Below, piece by piece: positions 35,114-49,535 of a stretch of 64,000 nt of DNA. The position numbers were made by a program, and so were the translations under genes. Position 1 is the first letter of the stretch, and the number at the start of each line of letters is the position of its first letter. The notes beneath the pieces are model-generated. The model was given only the letters and a program-made list of their open reading frames with translations, did not search any database and was not told where the DNA came from. Origin of the DNA: Octopus bimaculoides (lineage: Eukaryota); NCBI RefSeq assembly GCF_001194135.2, contig NC_068984.1, positions 65,247,106 to 65,311,105 of the forward strand. Direction: 5' to 3'.

Positions 35114-38100
35114 TGCAGATTTGTTATCTTTCTCAATACCTGCTACAATTTCTTCAATGCTGATGACAAAGGAAAATACATAACTAGCTCAACTACACCT
35201 ACTTGCACTAAAAGACATTACAAGGCTGTAAAACTGTTGACCTTGTTCTCATGATCAGTTTAAAAGATGGAGGGATTTTGAAAAATGTTCTATATTTTTC
35301 TCACTGCATTCCAATATGAAAACTATGCAAACAATGAAATTTAAAAATGAATGATTTACACTATTATAAAATTGATGAGGATACTCTGGAGTGTGAAAAT
35401 GTTTAAACATGAACACACACTCATATACACACTAAAGTTTGTTTTAATGCTAAGTTGTAATAAAGACAGAAATGCACTTGCATGGCAAATGTTTTGATTT
35501 GAAATCATGTGTTGAAACTAAAACAGTTGCAGCATAGATGATGCAGGTTAACCATTCAGAAACATACAAAGAACAAAGGATGTTAACTTCACTTAAGCAT
35601 TTATTGTTTGTAATATGGTGTCAAAATTTTCGGCACCATAAACTCTGACCTGATTGCTAACAAACATGTGCTGCATCTCATTTATCAGTGACCAGGTCAC
35701 AATTTCAAGTAATGAACATTTTGGAACCATACTGCAAGCAATAAATGTTTAAGTGAAGTTAACGGTCTTTGCATGTTTCTGAATAGCTAACTGCCATACT
35801 GCAATTGTTTATAATGAAAACAAATTGACATTAATCTTAAGAATTACTCAATACTTTTTGCAGACTAAAAATGTATTGTTCTTTTACAAAAATAATAGTG
35901 ACAATGACTTGAAGTTTATGCCAGTATGCTAGCATTAAACTATGGTACATCTAAATTCATCTTGATATCTATATAGTCTCTGTTAAGTTAATATTTTGGG
36001 GAGTAAGTGCAGCTCTGTAGAATGAGAATTAGGTTGTAGTATAGGTTGTGATGGTAAGGTGTCATGGAAAATCTTTCGTGAATAAATTTGGGGTTGTGTT
36101 CAGTAGTGGTTGTTGCATTGAGCAGGCTTCCACACTCAATTCCACCAAATTTCAAGCAAGGTATAACAAAAGTTTTCTATTATGATTTGTGATTAAGTTA
36201 ATGAGCAAGGTTATTTATAATGAATTTGCTGCTGGTTGTGTTATTATTCAGAATTTATTCATGCATGTAGAACTTTGTAATCAGGTGTATCCATTTAAGA
36301 GTATCAGCTGCAGGTCATGGAGTTATTTTTAAGGGGTTCTCAAAAGAATGTGGGTGGATGGAAGGGGTTAACTAGCCAGTGGTTGGTTTCATTAGGATAT
36401 TAGTGGGAGATAAAGCTTTTGCAAAGTTAAAGTTCAGAGTTTAGTCCTCTGTAAATAAGTGTGTTTATTTAGGTGTGTCAGCTTTTAGGTTATGGATATT
36501 TCTAAGAGTTCACAAAGCAATGTAAGTAGGTGACAAGTTTAGTTGGTCAGTAGATTTTTTTTACTCTTCATCTGTGTTATTAAAGAAACTTTAATTGTTT
36601 GTTTGGAGAAGGTGGAGGTTAGCAGTCAAGCATGTCATGACATTGTTAGAAAAGAAATTCATCTGTCTTATGCCTTAATGCTCACAAAAGTATGTAAGTA
36701 GGTGTGAAGGTTGGTTGATCACCAGATTTCTCTCAAGAGTTAAATGTTCTAAAAGTTACTTGGTTACTATTTAAAAATTTTAACCTTTGTATTTTAGGAT
36801 GGTAAAGTTTGTGGGCTGTGTTTTTTTTGTTTTTTTTTTAATATTCCATCTATTCAATTTTGAGTAAGAGTATTTTATAATATATTATTTTTGATCTATG
36901 AATATATACTAAAGTTGGGCATTACAAAAATGTGTGCATCTAATTATGTACAAAAATAGAATTAAAAATAAAGAAAAAATTATGACTAAGCCAACTTAGT
37001 GTTCTATTTTCCTTGCATATATGCATGTGTGTATTTATATGTGTGTGTATGTATATATGTGTGAATCTAAGTGTGTATACTTATATCAAATTTAGCTAAC
37101 TATAGAGATAGATTTATGCAATAGCATTACACCATAAAATGTTACCAATGAAAGAAAGCTATGAAGATAAAAATGTTATTACAATAGTATAATATATTAG
37201 AGATCAGTTTGATTTTTCTATTACCAAGTAATAAATGCTCAAATGACTGTAGTCATAATCATAGTCATATTATTTTTAATAGAGGAACATTAATTATATA
37301 ACATTGCTTATATTTAAAGTTTATAGCTTGTTTTATTCACATTTCTTATTTACTATAATTACATCAAACCTTAAAATATTCAAAGCATGCTTTTTCTTTT
37401 TAAACATTATTCTATTGTTACACAAAGAATAAAATTATAACTGAACTAGTCTTATTTGGTTACATTTCTCAGTCTATTGATTTATATATTTTAATAACTA
37501 ATTTTATATAATCCTGTTCCTATAAAACTGAAAATTCTTACTGTTCAGTTAGAGTTCGTAATATGTAATACGAGAATTTTTCCAATTAAACATATCAATG
37601 ACAATAAAAATATACGTGTTACTGGCAATATTGTAAGACCAGAAAGAGTATAAAATTCATTTGTCATATATATAAAATTTCTTCATTTCTGATTTTAAAT
37701 ATCAACATCTTTTCTCAAGTAATGTTTTCACAATATTTAGTTGTAAATGTCAAAGTTGCAAAACATCTTTACTGATATATAATTAGATATCACATTTTTT
37801 ATATGTATGTATGTAATAATATGTGTGTGTGTGATGTGTGTGCACATACGCACATACACACAGAGACGCATACACACACACATACACACACACACACACA
37901 CACAGTTGAATTTCTGGCATATGTTTAAGAGAGAAAGTGCTCAAAACATGTAGACCTTATAATATATTGAAACTGAATGCTGACATAAATCTTGAGTTCC
38001 TTGCAACAGTAACCTTTGCTTGTGAACTGTTATAACTTGATTTGGCTGAAGGTTAGGAAGCTTTAAAGACTTATTTCTGTGTGTATTTTATTTTTGGCGT

Positions 38101-38134
38101 TTTACATTTATCTGTTACTCTAATTAAAAACAGT

Positions 38135-38513
38135 GGAGGTGCAATGGCCCAGTGGTTAGGGCAGTGGATTCGCGGTCATAGGATCGTAGTTTCGATTTCC
38201 AGACTGGGCGTTGTGAGTGTTTATTGAGCGAAAACACCCAAAGCTCCACGAGGCTCCGGCAGTGGATGGTGGCGAACCCTGCTGTACTCTTTCACCACAA
38301 CTTTCTCTCACTCTTTCTTTCTGTTTCTGTTGTACCTGTAATTCTAAGGGTCAGCCTTGTCACACTGTGTCACGCTGAATATCCCTGAGAACTATGTTAA
38401 GGGTACACGTGTCTGTGGAGTGCTCAGCCACTTGCACGTTAATTTCATGAGCAAGCTGTTCCATTGATCGGATCAACTGGAACCCTCGACGTCGCAAGCG
38501 ACGGAGTGCCAGC
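38135..38513 (+). mobile_element. Well-preserved tRNA(Arg)-like SINE with candidate TSD
   Basis: Head TGGCCCAGTGGTTAGGGCAGTGGATTCGCGGTCATAGGATCGTAGTTTCGATTTCC (A/B boxes, TCG anticodon position); many CpGs retained. Flanks AATTAAAAACAGT (38122-38134) and AATTAAAGACATT (38514-38526) match 11/13. Confidence 0.85.
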
Positions 38514-40399
38514 AATTAAAGACATTTGTGGGGAAATTCTTGAGTCTCTAATATTGCATATTGTATTTCACAATTGAGTAGTTTTTGGTTAATACTTTAA
38601 ATTTTACTTTAATGGAAAATGTTGGATTTAAAGAAGTGCCAAATAAGCACCAGTTGGATGTGGCAATATTTTGGAGGAGTGTGGCTTGCTTCAGAATGAA
38701 GTGTAAACAAGAAGTAAATACAACTTACAATAGTTTTAAAAAATTAACTGCTATATAACTTTGTTTATTGATGGTGTAGCATACATCTTTTCTTTTTTCT
38801 TTTATTTTTTGTTTGAACTGAGAGTAGAGCACAAGAAGAAAAAGGCTGAGATGCACTAATGTGAATAGGTCTTTATTGTGTTGAGAATTTGGTGTGATTT
38901 ATTATATTTTTCTGTTAAATTAATTAGGGACTTTTACTTCATTTAAGAATTTCAGATGTATTATCTGAATTATAAATCTTTTGGATCTAATTTGTTATTA
39001 TGTATGTATTCAGAAATGGAACACATGATGATCAGAGACTGAAACACCATATATTTGTAAATATTGAAACATCTTTCACATCTAAAAATGATATTATTGA
39101 CTAAAGACTCATAATTTTATTCCTGAATATCTCTTTACAGCATCTACTTGAATTAAAAATTTCCAGTGTTCCTCCATTTCTATATCACTAAAAATTTTAA
39201 AGACATTGTCATCATTGTGATAAAAATGCAAGAATATGTAATTTAACAGTAAAATTTGCTTTGGGAGAAAACAATAGTGTTTTTCAACAGTATTACTTCA
39301 CAGTCTAAAGAAAATTGGATGTAAAGTTTACAGACAGCATAATCTTACTTGTAATTTACATTATAGATTGTAAGCTTATATACATCTGAGTAACGTTTAC
39401 TGAAGCAGGCTATATAAAGTATAAAAGTATCACTCAATGGACATTTACTTAGAACAGGCAAACTAATCTGAATTAAATTGGACCTGGGAAGATGATTTAG
39501 TGTTTGAATAAACCTGATCCAGCATATCTAACAGATAGATCATAAATTTATATAAAAGTTTGTTATATCTAAATTGAGTACATAATGCATATCATTACTG
39601 CTGTAATGGAATTTATTACAACATGCAAACATGACAATAACTACTTGACATTAAGTACTTTGAATTATTATAATATTTGTAGTAATGCTTGTCCATTAAA
39701 ACTAAATGAGTTTGAACTAATGAAGTCTGTAATACTCAACATTAAGCTGAACTGGTGTTATGGCATCTACTTTCTTTAAACATTCAGCAATATTGTGTCT
39801 TTTTTTAACAATCTCAATGTTAATTAGCACTTTTGTTGAATTGTTTTTATTGTAACTTGACATTAGACAACTATTAACGTTACTTTAATTCAGACAGTAA
39901 TTCATCATGCAGTTTAGATGAGTTTACACTAGATTATATCAAGTCAACTATACAGGTATTTAGCAATGTTTTCATACACACACATAAGTGTATACATATA
40001 TATATATTACAAAACATGTAGCAGACATATTGACAAAATAGACATTAAAAAAGCAGAAAACCTAAAATTAAAAAAATAGAATAAAACTGGCAGAATGGGG
40101 AAACAAACAAGCTACGTTGTTTGTTACAAATGTAGAAATTAAGTCAAAAAAGAGCAAGGGGTGAGAAATATCACCACCTAAAATGAAAATATAAGAGATA
40201 CATAGGAGTTATGAATATATAATCAATACACACACTTCTTCTTTGACATCCATTTCTGCTTCTATAAACAATTGACCACAGCATAAGATGAGCTGCACTC
40301 ATGACCGACTGATTCTCTTGTACCATTGTTCACAGATCTTCTACATTTTTCTGATGGATCTCTATGTAAAGTAGCTCACATGTGGAAGATGTTTTACTT

Positions 40400-41000
40400 A
40401 AATTGTTTGAATCAATGCTCTTCAAAGCTGATGCTAGTTGAAATGCATCTTGAGTTTTGCTTAATGTTGTAGCCCATAGACTATCCCTTTAATATGAATA
40501 AAGGTAATCTAAATTTAAGCACTTACGATATATAGATATTGTGAATCTACAGTCTGTGTGCTTTTACAATTTTGTACAAGGTTAGTTCATGGATCTTTTC
40601 CTTTTCACATGTGAATTGTATTGAAAATCTATTGAGTTCCCATAGTCCAGCTGTACTAGTTCTCATTCCTCATCAAGTCAGAGTATGAAGTTATCATCTA
40701 CATATTTCAGTCACACTTTTGGTTTAAGGATATCACTCCGAGAGTCACTTCCTTAAAATAAACAATATATGTGTTTACTATCATTGAAGATAATAGCTAA
40801 ATTGTTTTAATGTCGCTATAAATCAGTCTCTAAATGGAAGCATGTTGTTTTTACATAGAATAACAAGAACCCTTTTAGGTTATCTGCGAGAATAGTAGTA
40901 TAACCCCAAATCAAGGATCCAATTTCTGTTTATCATAAATCATTGCCAGAGCCATAATCTGTCAGCTTTCCATTAGAAGCATATAAAAAAAATTCAGATT
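40400..41000 (-). mobile_element. Fossil Penelope-like reverse transcriptase fragment
   Basis: Minus-strand KYVDDNF (YVDD at 40704-40693), then after a frameshift IQFTCEKE (40621-40598), the Penelope-type I-FT-E-E motif. Weak GS-L motif near 40915. Heavily interrupted. Confidence 0.55.
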
Positions 41001-43164
41001 TGCAGTCCATACAATATCAGGCCATATTTAAAAGCAGGTGTACTCATCAAGTGAATCACTCTTCAATGAAACCTTCAGCAGAAGAGATGATGAGCAAAAA
41101 TTGTGTGTATTCCACATCATGCAGTAATAGCTGTGAGTATAGAGGCATGATCAATCACCCACTTAAAGTCAGGTATGGTTTATTATTTGTGGAAGGGAAA
41201 GGAAAGTCACCAACCCTTGTAGAATAAAGTCAAGATAATAAATATGGAACAACACTAGAGGCTAAAATGACTGAAAGACTCAGCACAAAAGTAGCACTTT
41301 GATAATTTCAGTAGGCCTAGCATAGATATATATATATACCATGGGAGTCTTTAATTATGAAATAACATTAAGCCTAAAACCATGAAAAAGTTGGGTTTAA
41401 AACTCCATTCATTACTTAATTGTCCAATGAGACAATAGAATAGTGAATATAAGCGTTGTTTATGAACAGTAGTTTAGTTAATGGATGTGAGCTCAATCTC
41501 TGATTCAGTTAAACAATGTACCCTCAGTAGAAGTATGACTTATAAAATTATCATCCAAGTATGGATAATGGAATGAAAGAAATTTACACTTATGGATTTA
41601 ATAAAGGGTCTATGCTAAACTTCTCAGAACACTGGCTTGTATGACAGGCACTTGCAAAAGGCTGCAAGGTATAATGGCTGAAATGTCATGACTGCAACAA
41701 CCAAGATGAGGGCATTAGTCCAAATATGCCAGTTGATAATGCTTATCTTTTGTCTCAGAAATTTAAAGAATTCTCTTCTATAATAGTATGTTCTGGATAA
41801 TAACAGAATCACAGTTAGTGACAATTAAAGGATTCTTTAAATTAATAATCTACAGAGAGTAGTTTCACTTGCTTATACAGGTATGCATGAAAATTAAAAA
41901 TTGTTCTTATGGCAGTCAGAATTAATTGAGATACAGTCAGATAAGTGTAGAACACTAGCAGCAGGATTTTAAGTCTTGTCATTTTGGTTAATTCACTCAG
42001 TGGCATTGCCTCTACTTTCAAACATGGCATCACAATACACACACACACATACACACACACAAGGGATACCAAGAAAGCCAATAAGAAACAAGGGAGTCAA
42101 GAGCTAAATAATGACTTTTACTAACAAGCCAAATATAGTTGTCTGTCTTACAAAATATATATATTCTTTTCAAGTAATGATCTGTGTCAACCAATGAAGT
42201 TTCAGTGCTAGTTTGAATTTAATATCTTTCAATTTACACCAATATGGTCATGTGAGAGATCAAACAATTGTAAAACCTAAAGTAAGAATAGAAGGTATCA
42301 CCTGAAGAGATATTATTATACTCCACATTATGTACTGCATACTTTTTCTCTCATTTTTATAAAGAAATACTATATATTACCTACACAAGTGTACACACAA
42401 AGACAGACAGTTAACACAGATTTCATAGCTCAGATGAGGTTGGTATTAAACATTTAAAACAGAAGAAAGTAGATCCTACATAATCATTGCTGCCAAACCA
42501 TAGATATTCAAATCATGGTGAAAACACAATGATTATTATTAGAAGGTAAGCCGGATGTTATTTAGCCAAAAACTCTTCACATCCAACACTTTGGAATTGT
42601 TAATAAACATAGAATCATCTATGTAACATAGGTATGCTCAAAATCATCAAATTTTAGAAAAATCCTACAGCACGGAATTTTGTCAGTGAACAGGTCATGA
42701 TCTCAAAGCGACAAAAATATTTTGGCAAATTAAATTTAAATGTTGAAGTGAATCTAACAGTTTCTGTATGCTTTTCAATGGCTTATAAACACTTCCACGC
42801 TGCAATTGTATTTGTTTCAGCACACGATCTCAGATCAGGTCACTTGCTATGCAAGTGCATCTCCATAATTCCTTTCTTTTTGTAAATAATATAAAAAATA
42901 AACAAGCACTAAAGTCAAATGAACTTAAGATACAATAAGGTACAAAAGCTTCTAAACATCTTAAATGTATGTGTGATAGTTTCTTCAAGGACTGATATTT
43001 TCTCTCTTAAGAAAATAAAGATATTTTAAACTATTAAAAAGTTTTTGGTAGTTTAAGGTTTATACCCAAACTGAACATGCTCTTACAGTATCCAGATACA
43101 TTGATGAAACTAAATATATATCTTACATTATACAGCAACATTCAAAACAAATTGTAAAGTACCT

Positions 43165-43290
43165 CATCATCATTTGTTATCATTTACTTTTCCATGTTTG
43201 CATGGTTCAGATGAAATGTGTTGAGACAGATATTTTATGGCTGGCTGCCCTTACTGTTGCCATCTCTTAACTGATTTCAACCAAGGTAAT
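43165..43290 (-). mobile_element. Diverged RTE-type 3' tail fragment
   Basis: CATCATCAT start; TTCCATGTTTGCATGG and TATGGCTGGCTGCCCTTAC motifs. Confidence 0.55.
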
Positions 43291-43389
43291 ATTTTTTTCA
43301 TAGTGAGTTATGTTTTCCACAGAAGGCCAGAAACAAACAGCCTGTTATAATGATAATGATGATTATCTGCAACTAATACATGATGTCAA

Positions 43390-43562
43390 CACATACACGC
43401 ACACAAGCTTTTTCCGTCTACCAAATCCACTTACAAGTCCTTGGTCTGCCTGAGGCTATAGCAGTTGATGCAACACTTGCTCAAGGTGTTACGCAGTGGG
43501 ACCTAACCCAAGACAATATGATTGGGAAGCAAACCTCTTAATCACACAGACATGCAGGTACC
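43390..43562 (-). mobile_element. SINE head/core (family of 18779-19166)
   Basis: CCGTCTACCAAATCCACTTACAAG...CAACACTTGCTCAAGGTG...CAGTGGGAC...GGGAAGCAAAC. Confidence 0.8.
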
Positions 43563-45619
43563 GACGTACACAAAACTGAGGATATTACAAGTATTTCCTA
43601 TAAATCTCTATTACTTGTTTGAGCAGCCTCTAATTCTTGTAATGAAGTCATTAAAAAAGTTTTTTAAAAAAGTCACTTAGGAAAGAAGTATAATCAGATA
43701 TTTTATTGATAATTTCTTCCGAAGACATTTATACTTAAATAAATATGTCAAAACATTTAAGTTATTTAATGCAAAATATTGTAATATATATGAAAAATAT
43801 GAAACATATTTATTAAAATTCTCATAAATGTTTCTTCCGACTCATTCAAGAAGTCAACATTTGATGAATTTCAGACCTATCAATACTTCTAATTAAAAAT
43901 TTTCAATTCCCAAAATTAAAGAAAAAGTAGTAAGGTTAATTACTGAGAAACTTTACATACAACTGGAAAAAATCAACTAAAACATTTTCACATATGTATT
44001 ACATTGCCAAATAAATAAGTTAAGTTATTGATAGAAATTTATGATTTTGTTTTAGAGAACATTAGAAAATATTAGAAAATTGAAATCATAACATTTTCTG
44101 TTGATAGATAATTAATCCTGTTTGAATTCTAAAAAGAAACAAATTATGCAAAATACTGATGTGAAGAAAATAGTTATTTTTGATTGTTTTGCTTTAAAAA
44201 TCTAATTTCGTAGCAAGCGATGTGTTTCTTTATGAAACGATTTTGATTATTTTTTCCATAAAAAATGTATAGTTCTGATTCTGATTTACAATTTCATTTT
44301 CACTTCATTTATTTTAATTTTCATTATATTTATATTTATCTTTCACTTTGTCAGATATTTTCCATTGACACAGATATGCAAGCACAAATGCTCACGTACA
44401 TATAACTAAGACACACACACACATATAAATGCAAAGACAGATATACACAAATATAGTGACATACTACATGCAATGTTAAAATGTGAATGCATAAATCTAG
44501 TAGAAATTAATCTTGTGTTGAAAAGAGATATTAAACTTGGTTTAAGAATATCATTTTTAAATATTATTTTTATGCAATCATTAAAAATAACTACGTTTCT
44601 TTTCTGTAACAGTAGTTGATGCAGTTTAATCTCTTTTCGGATCAATATTCTATAATGATGAAATACTTATATGGAAGTAATTAGAAATAATGAAAAGCAA
44701 ACATACTCTCCTGATGTTTCATCTCAAATCTATTGATTATTGGATTGTAACGAAACAGATCCTTGCCAGTATAAATTCAGACAATTATTCTAAGCAGAAT
44801 TTATGCTGAATTCATTCACAACCATATTCTACTGATAAAATTGATGGGGTAAAAGTAAAAATGATGCAGGATCTCATGTATATTTACACATAATAAAATA
44901 TTTAGTAAAAATTAGAGGAAATTAATTCTGAGAGGAAGAGGGCAGCTCTTTCTTTCTGAACAAGATTTATAAATACATTGCATGTAAGTGGCCACATTTC
45001 TTATTAGAAGACTTTTGTCTAAGGCTACATTCTAATATTCGGTAAATATTACAATCTAGGAGTCACAAGCCTCTCTTAATAAGATGCATGTATCCAAGAT
45101 GTGTATAGCATGATGTAAAGAAAACAGAAATTATTAAACTCCTTCCACTTTAGCCTAAATGTACATTTAAGTATCAAGGTGATTGAAAGAATGCAATTTA
45201 AGTCTAAATATTAGCTAGTGTGTAAAACATATTCACATTATAGAATACACTAAATTACAGAACTACATTCGGGAAACAGAAATTTTAGCAATATGGATAT
45301 GATAGACTCACTTAGTTGGAAAACCTGTAGTTGAAAGCATGCATGTTCCTCCCTTTCAGACTTGAATAGCCCTTTTTTATTCTATTTAATATTACAATTG
45401 AAGAACAATAGCATAGTAACTTGTTTTAAATGGACCCCTCATGGGTACGCTGTAGAGTTGATGATCTGTCTAACAAGGGAGTATTATTTGTAAATTGGTG
45501 GAGAATAAATACAATAATGGACTTCATTCAAAGATTAGTACTCTGTTGGTTTGCATGTTGATATTGATATCCTTCATTCATAAAAATTTACATACATACA
45601 CACTTACACATTCCCATGA

Positions 45620-45745
45620 ATAGCTTCTACACAGTTTCCATCAACAAATCTAAGGTCAGTTTGAGGCTGTAAGAAAAGACACTTGCCAATTTGCTGTGCA
45701 ATCAAACACAGAACTGCGTGGTTACAAATCAAACTCCTTTAACAG
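45620..45745 (-). mobile_element. Diverged SINE head/core remnant (family of 18779-19166)
   Basis: CAGTTTCCATCAACAAATC...AAAGACACTTGCC. Confidence 0.55.
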
Positions 45746-48700
45746 ACCACCCCACTAGTGGTCAACACAACTGATAAGGTGCCAAACAAAGACAAATATA
45801 TGCTACTTCCTGGAAGACAGTTTATTTTTGAGATGTTGCAGTTTGTGAAGTAACTGTGGAAAATTTCTTGAAAACAAATAGTTTTATGAACTCATCCAAA
45901 CTTACATCCATACCCTCATGTACACTCAACAATAAAAACAATTTTATATACACATAAAATACAAATGTATATGGAGACAAACATGCATGCAAAAAATAGA
46001 TAAATACTAAATTTGTATTTTTAAATATAAAATTATAAAATATTTTTTACAAGAAAAACCCCAGCTAAAAGCTAAATGTACTGAATATTTTCAAATTAAA
46101 TTTTCACATATACTTCCTCTGTGTTGGTTAAGTGTGAAAAATAGTTAAATATTTATCAAAACTAAATTGAGCTTTAAAAAGAATGATAATTTCAAAATTA
46201 AATTTTAATTATCCATGGCGTAATTTAGATAAATAGTAAATAATATTGAATTACATTCTTACTATGCATATTTTTTTCATTATGAATAACAAGGGAATAT
46301 TTTTTCTTTAACTATATTTAAATGTCTTTTGTTTCTTGTTTCTTAGAAAATAAATTTTATATTTGCCTGATATTATCAACTAATTAAATATCATCGCTAT
46401 ATATTTATACACAAATATTTCTCATTGAACTCTATATTCTGTATTTATATATTCCTTTTTTTAGCTGCATATATATCTAATATATTCTATTGGTGATACT
46501 CTCATTACATATGCAGATTACTTGCACTAAAATAAGTGCAAATTCTTATGAACTCAGTATATTGTGTATGTTCAATATATGAATCTAAGGAGTGGATAAA
46601 TAATACAAATGTAAACATAATTGCTCAACTTTAGAATGCTATAAAACTGACCAATTTTTTACCTCTGGTTTTTGGATAGTTGCTTTCATAAGTTAAGCAA
46701 TTTTCCTTTGCTGCAAGAAACACATATCATGTAAATGACATTCAAGCATAAAAAAAAGAGAAATTATTCACTGGTGATTGCAGAGATCTCATGGATATAT
46801 GAAATTTTATCTATATTGAAGAGTTCTATGAGTTAGACTCAATGTATGTTGTTTTTCTTTTTTTAAATTTAAAATTAGTAAGAGAAATCCGTTACATGAT
46901 TATTAATTGTAAGGTGAACACAATTAGAAATAGTAAAAATATAATGATGTACTGAGCTCAGAAAATAATTAAATGGATTAACTTTTTCCAGTTTAACTAA
47001 AACATTACTGATCAATGGAAGTTTAATAGACAACATTATAAGTAATTGAATTTTAATAATAGCTCATTTCAATTTATTTATATTTGATCAGTGAGATATC
47101 AAGGTACAATATTCAGAATTTTGTCAAATGTAGCAAAATTTAAAAAACAATTTTGCTAGATTTAATAATGGTATTGCTATTAACGTAATATTTCATAGTT
47201 AAAATAAAACATTTAAACTCAATATAATCGCATCAAAATATATTACAAATAAAAGAAACATTATTCTTATATTACAAATTCTTATGAAAATGTCAGAAAT
47301 CAAAATTTTGTTAATGTTACAAATCATCATTATTCTTATGATGAAATTCGGAAATTATTTAGAGGAATACGAATTGCTTAGATTCTAAATCATAACGCAT
47401 CTGAGTATCTTACAATTTAGTTTAATCTGCACATGTATAAAAGTTAAAAAGAAATGGAGCAAGAAACATGTATATTAATATCAAATAGATTTATTGCAGT
47501 AATAGTTAGTGTTTTCCTTCCATAACATGGTTCTCTTCTCAAATAAAATCATATGTATATGGTCTTGAGTGAAATTTTTGGCTCTTGAAAAAGATATTCT
47601 GATCTATAATAGCTAGTGACTTTTAAATAAACTGCTTAAACTAATTTATTTCTCTTCAAAATTAAAGTAGATTCTTTAAGATCTGCTACTGCAATATTTG
47701 AGATAAAAAAGTGTTCTGCAGGTACAATTACTGTTCTATAAAATATTTGCCATTCCCATATGGTTAATATATAATTTAATCCTAGGAAGAGAATATAACA
47801 TATATTTAAAATTTTTTTTTTTATAAATTTGGAAAAGATCTAAGAAAAAGTTTTATATAAGATTAAAAAATTATATAAGATTAAAAAATTAAGGTTAAGA
47901 AAATACGTGTTAAACACAAAATCAAAACCTTATTTCAGGATAAGTCCTAGAGAGCAGTGCATCTTGAAGATGAAACAATTGTTATGGTAAGATAAATTTT
48001 TTGTTGGAACATTCTGTTTTCTCTTTTTATCTTTAATATATATATATATGTATATATATATACACATACATATATGTATATAAAAGTATCTACAATTTTA
48101 TATAGTTTTGGGAGCAGATACAAGACAAAAACCAAAGAAATATATCTTTGTAACTGGCATAGTCTGCCATCACATGACAATTCAGATTGGTCCTATATAT
48201 TAAACCATATATATATGGTACTGCTGGAAGAATATTTAAAAACAATTTTTTTTTATGTTAAAATAATTTGTCATTAAGCATTTGAAGTCACTGGAATACA
48301 AATTTTATAATTTTATTGTCAATTTAATCCTACATTGAAAGTTTGTAAAATTTTTCTTATTTACTGTGCTTCTAACTCTTCGTGATTGAACTTTTATCAT
48401 CCATATATCATTTTTTAAGATATTCCAAAATAAAAAGAGTAGTAGGACATATCTTTCTGATGGAATTTTCCCTGATTTCATATAATACTGGAGAATTCTG
48501 CAGAATACAGTGTCATTCAACTAGGTTCAACTTCGATATTAGGAAGTCTTAAAGCATTTCTTATGATAATTTCAATAGAGAAGAAATATAGAGTAGGTAG
48601 ATGTTTAAGAGTATCTTTTCCAGAGAATAAATCAAAATGCTTGTCATAAGAGATATATTACTATTAATAATTTATGTCTTAACACTTACAAATAGAGTTG

Positions 48701-49319
48701 GCAAAAAAAAACTTGCTGATTAAGCAAATTTATTAAAAGACAATAGATTTCAAGTGGCTGTCAATAGCTAAGACAGAAAGAGTGACTCATACATTTCAAG
48801 TAGTATTTCAAAGACAGTGAGTAAGGCATGTTGTTAGATGTGAAACAATATAGAGACTATTTAGATTGAATAACTTTTAATTATTGCCATAGAAACAAAT
48901 ATATTATTGTGATACTGAAGATAAATGGCTGAATGAACTATATGAATTTGACAAGTAATGAAGCTTTTCTCTTATGGAAGTGAAAATGTAAAGTGACATG
49001 ATAATAGTTAGCTGTTAAATTACAGGGAAATTTGAAAAAGAGTAATTCTTAAAGACAAAACAGTGTGTGTATGGGTGTCTGACTGAGTAAATTAGTTTGC
49101 TGCTCATTACATTTATCTTCTTCAGTGATAAATAGAAATTATATCAGAACTAATTTATAGGCCTTTACTGAGCACAATACTCGTAACACCAAGATAAAGC
49201 AGTTATTTTTCTTTATCAAAATATTTCATTAACCCTCTCTTTAAACTAAATTAGTCAGTTACTTTATTCAAATTTTGTCATTCTGTCACTTGATTGATCC
49301 TTTTAATACTTGGCTATAA

Positions 49320-49535
49320 AGCAAAACTGTGAGCTGGCAGAACCATTAGCATGCCAGGTAAAATGCTTAGAGGCAATTCGTCCATCTTCACATTCTGAGT
49401 TCAAATACCACTGTTAACTTTGACCTTTGTGCTTTTGGGGTCAATAGAATAAGTACCAGTTCATCACTGGGGTCAATATAATCAACTTATACATTTCCCC
49501 TGAAATTGTTGGCCTTCTGTCAAACTCGAAACATG
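49320..49535 (+). mobile_element. tRNA-derived SINE (family of 19716-19938)
   Basis: GAGCTGGCAGAACCATTAGCATGCCAGG head, TCTGAGTTCAAATACC B box, GGGGTCAATAGAATAAGTACCAGT domain. Confidence 0.8.

Noticed and set aside
14243-35183. Long ORFs (up to 404 aa) containing X runs
   Set aside because: Artefacts of reading through N gaps and flanking TA/TATC repeats.
36000-36780. G/T-skewed tract suggesting a minus-strand retroelement, with a weak ~170-bp internal repeat
   Set aside because: Manual translation gave no diagnostic RT or endonuclease motif; cannot be classified.
38135-38215. tRNA-like sequences at SINE heads (also 6748, 19716, 24542)
   Set aside because: No complete acceptor stem or cloverleaf, and each continues into a repeat body; not called as tRNA genes.
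41628-41668. 41-nt AG/GT-bounded exon candidate
   Set aside because: Weak donor (GTATAA) and no compositional support.
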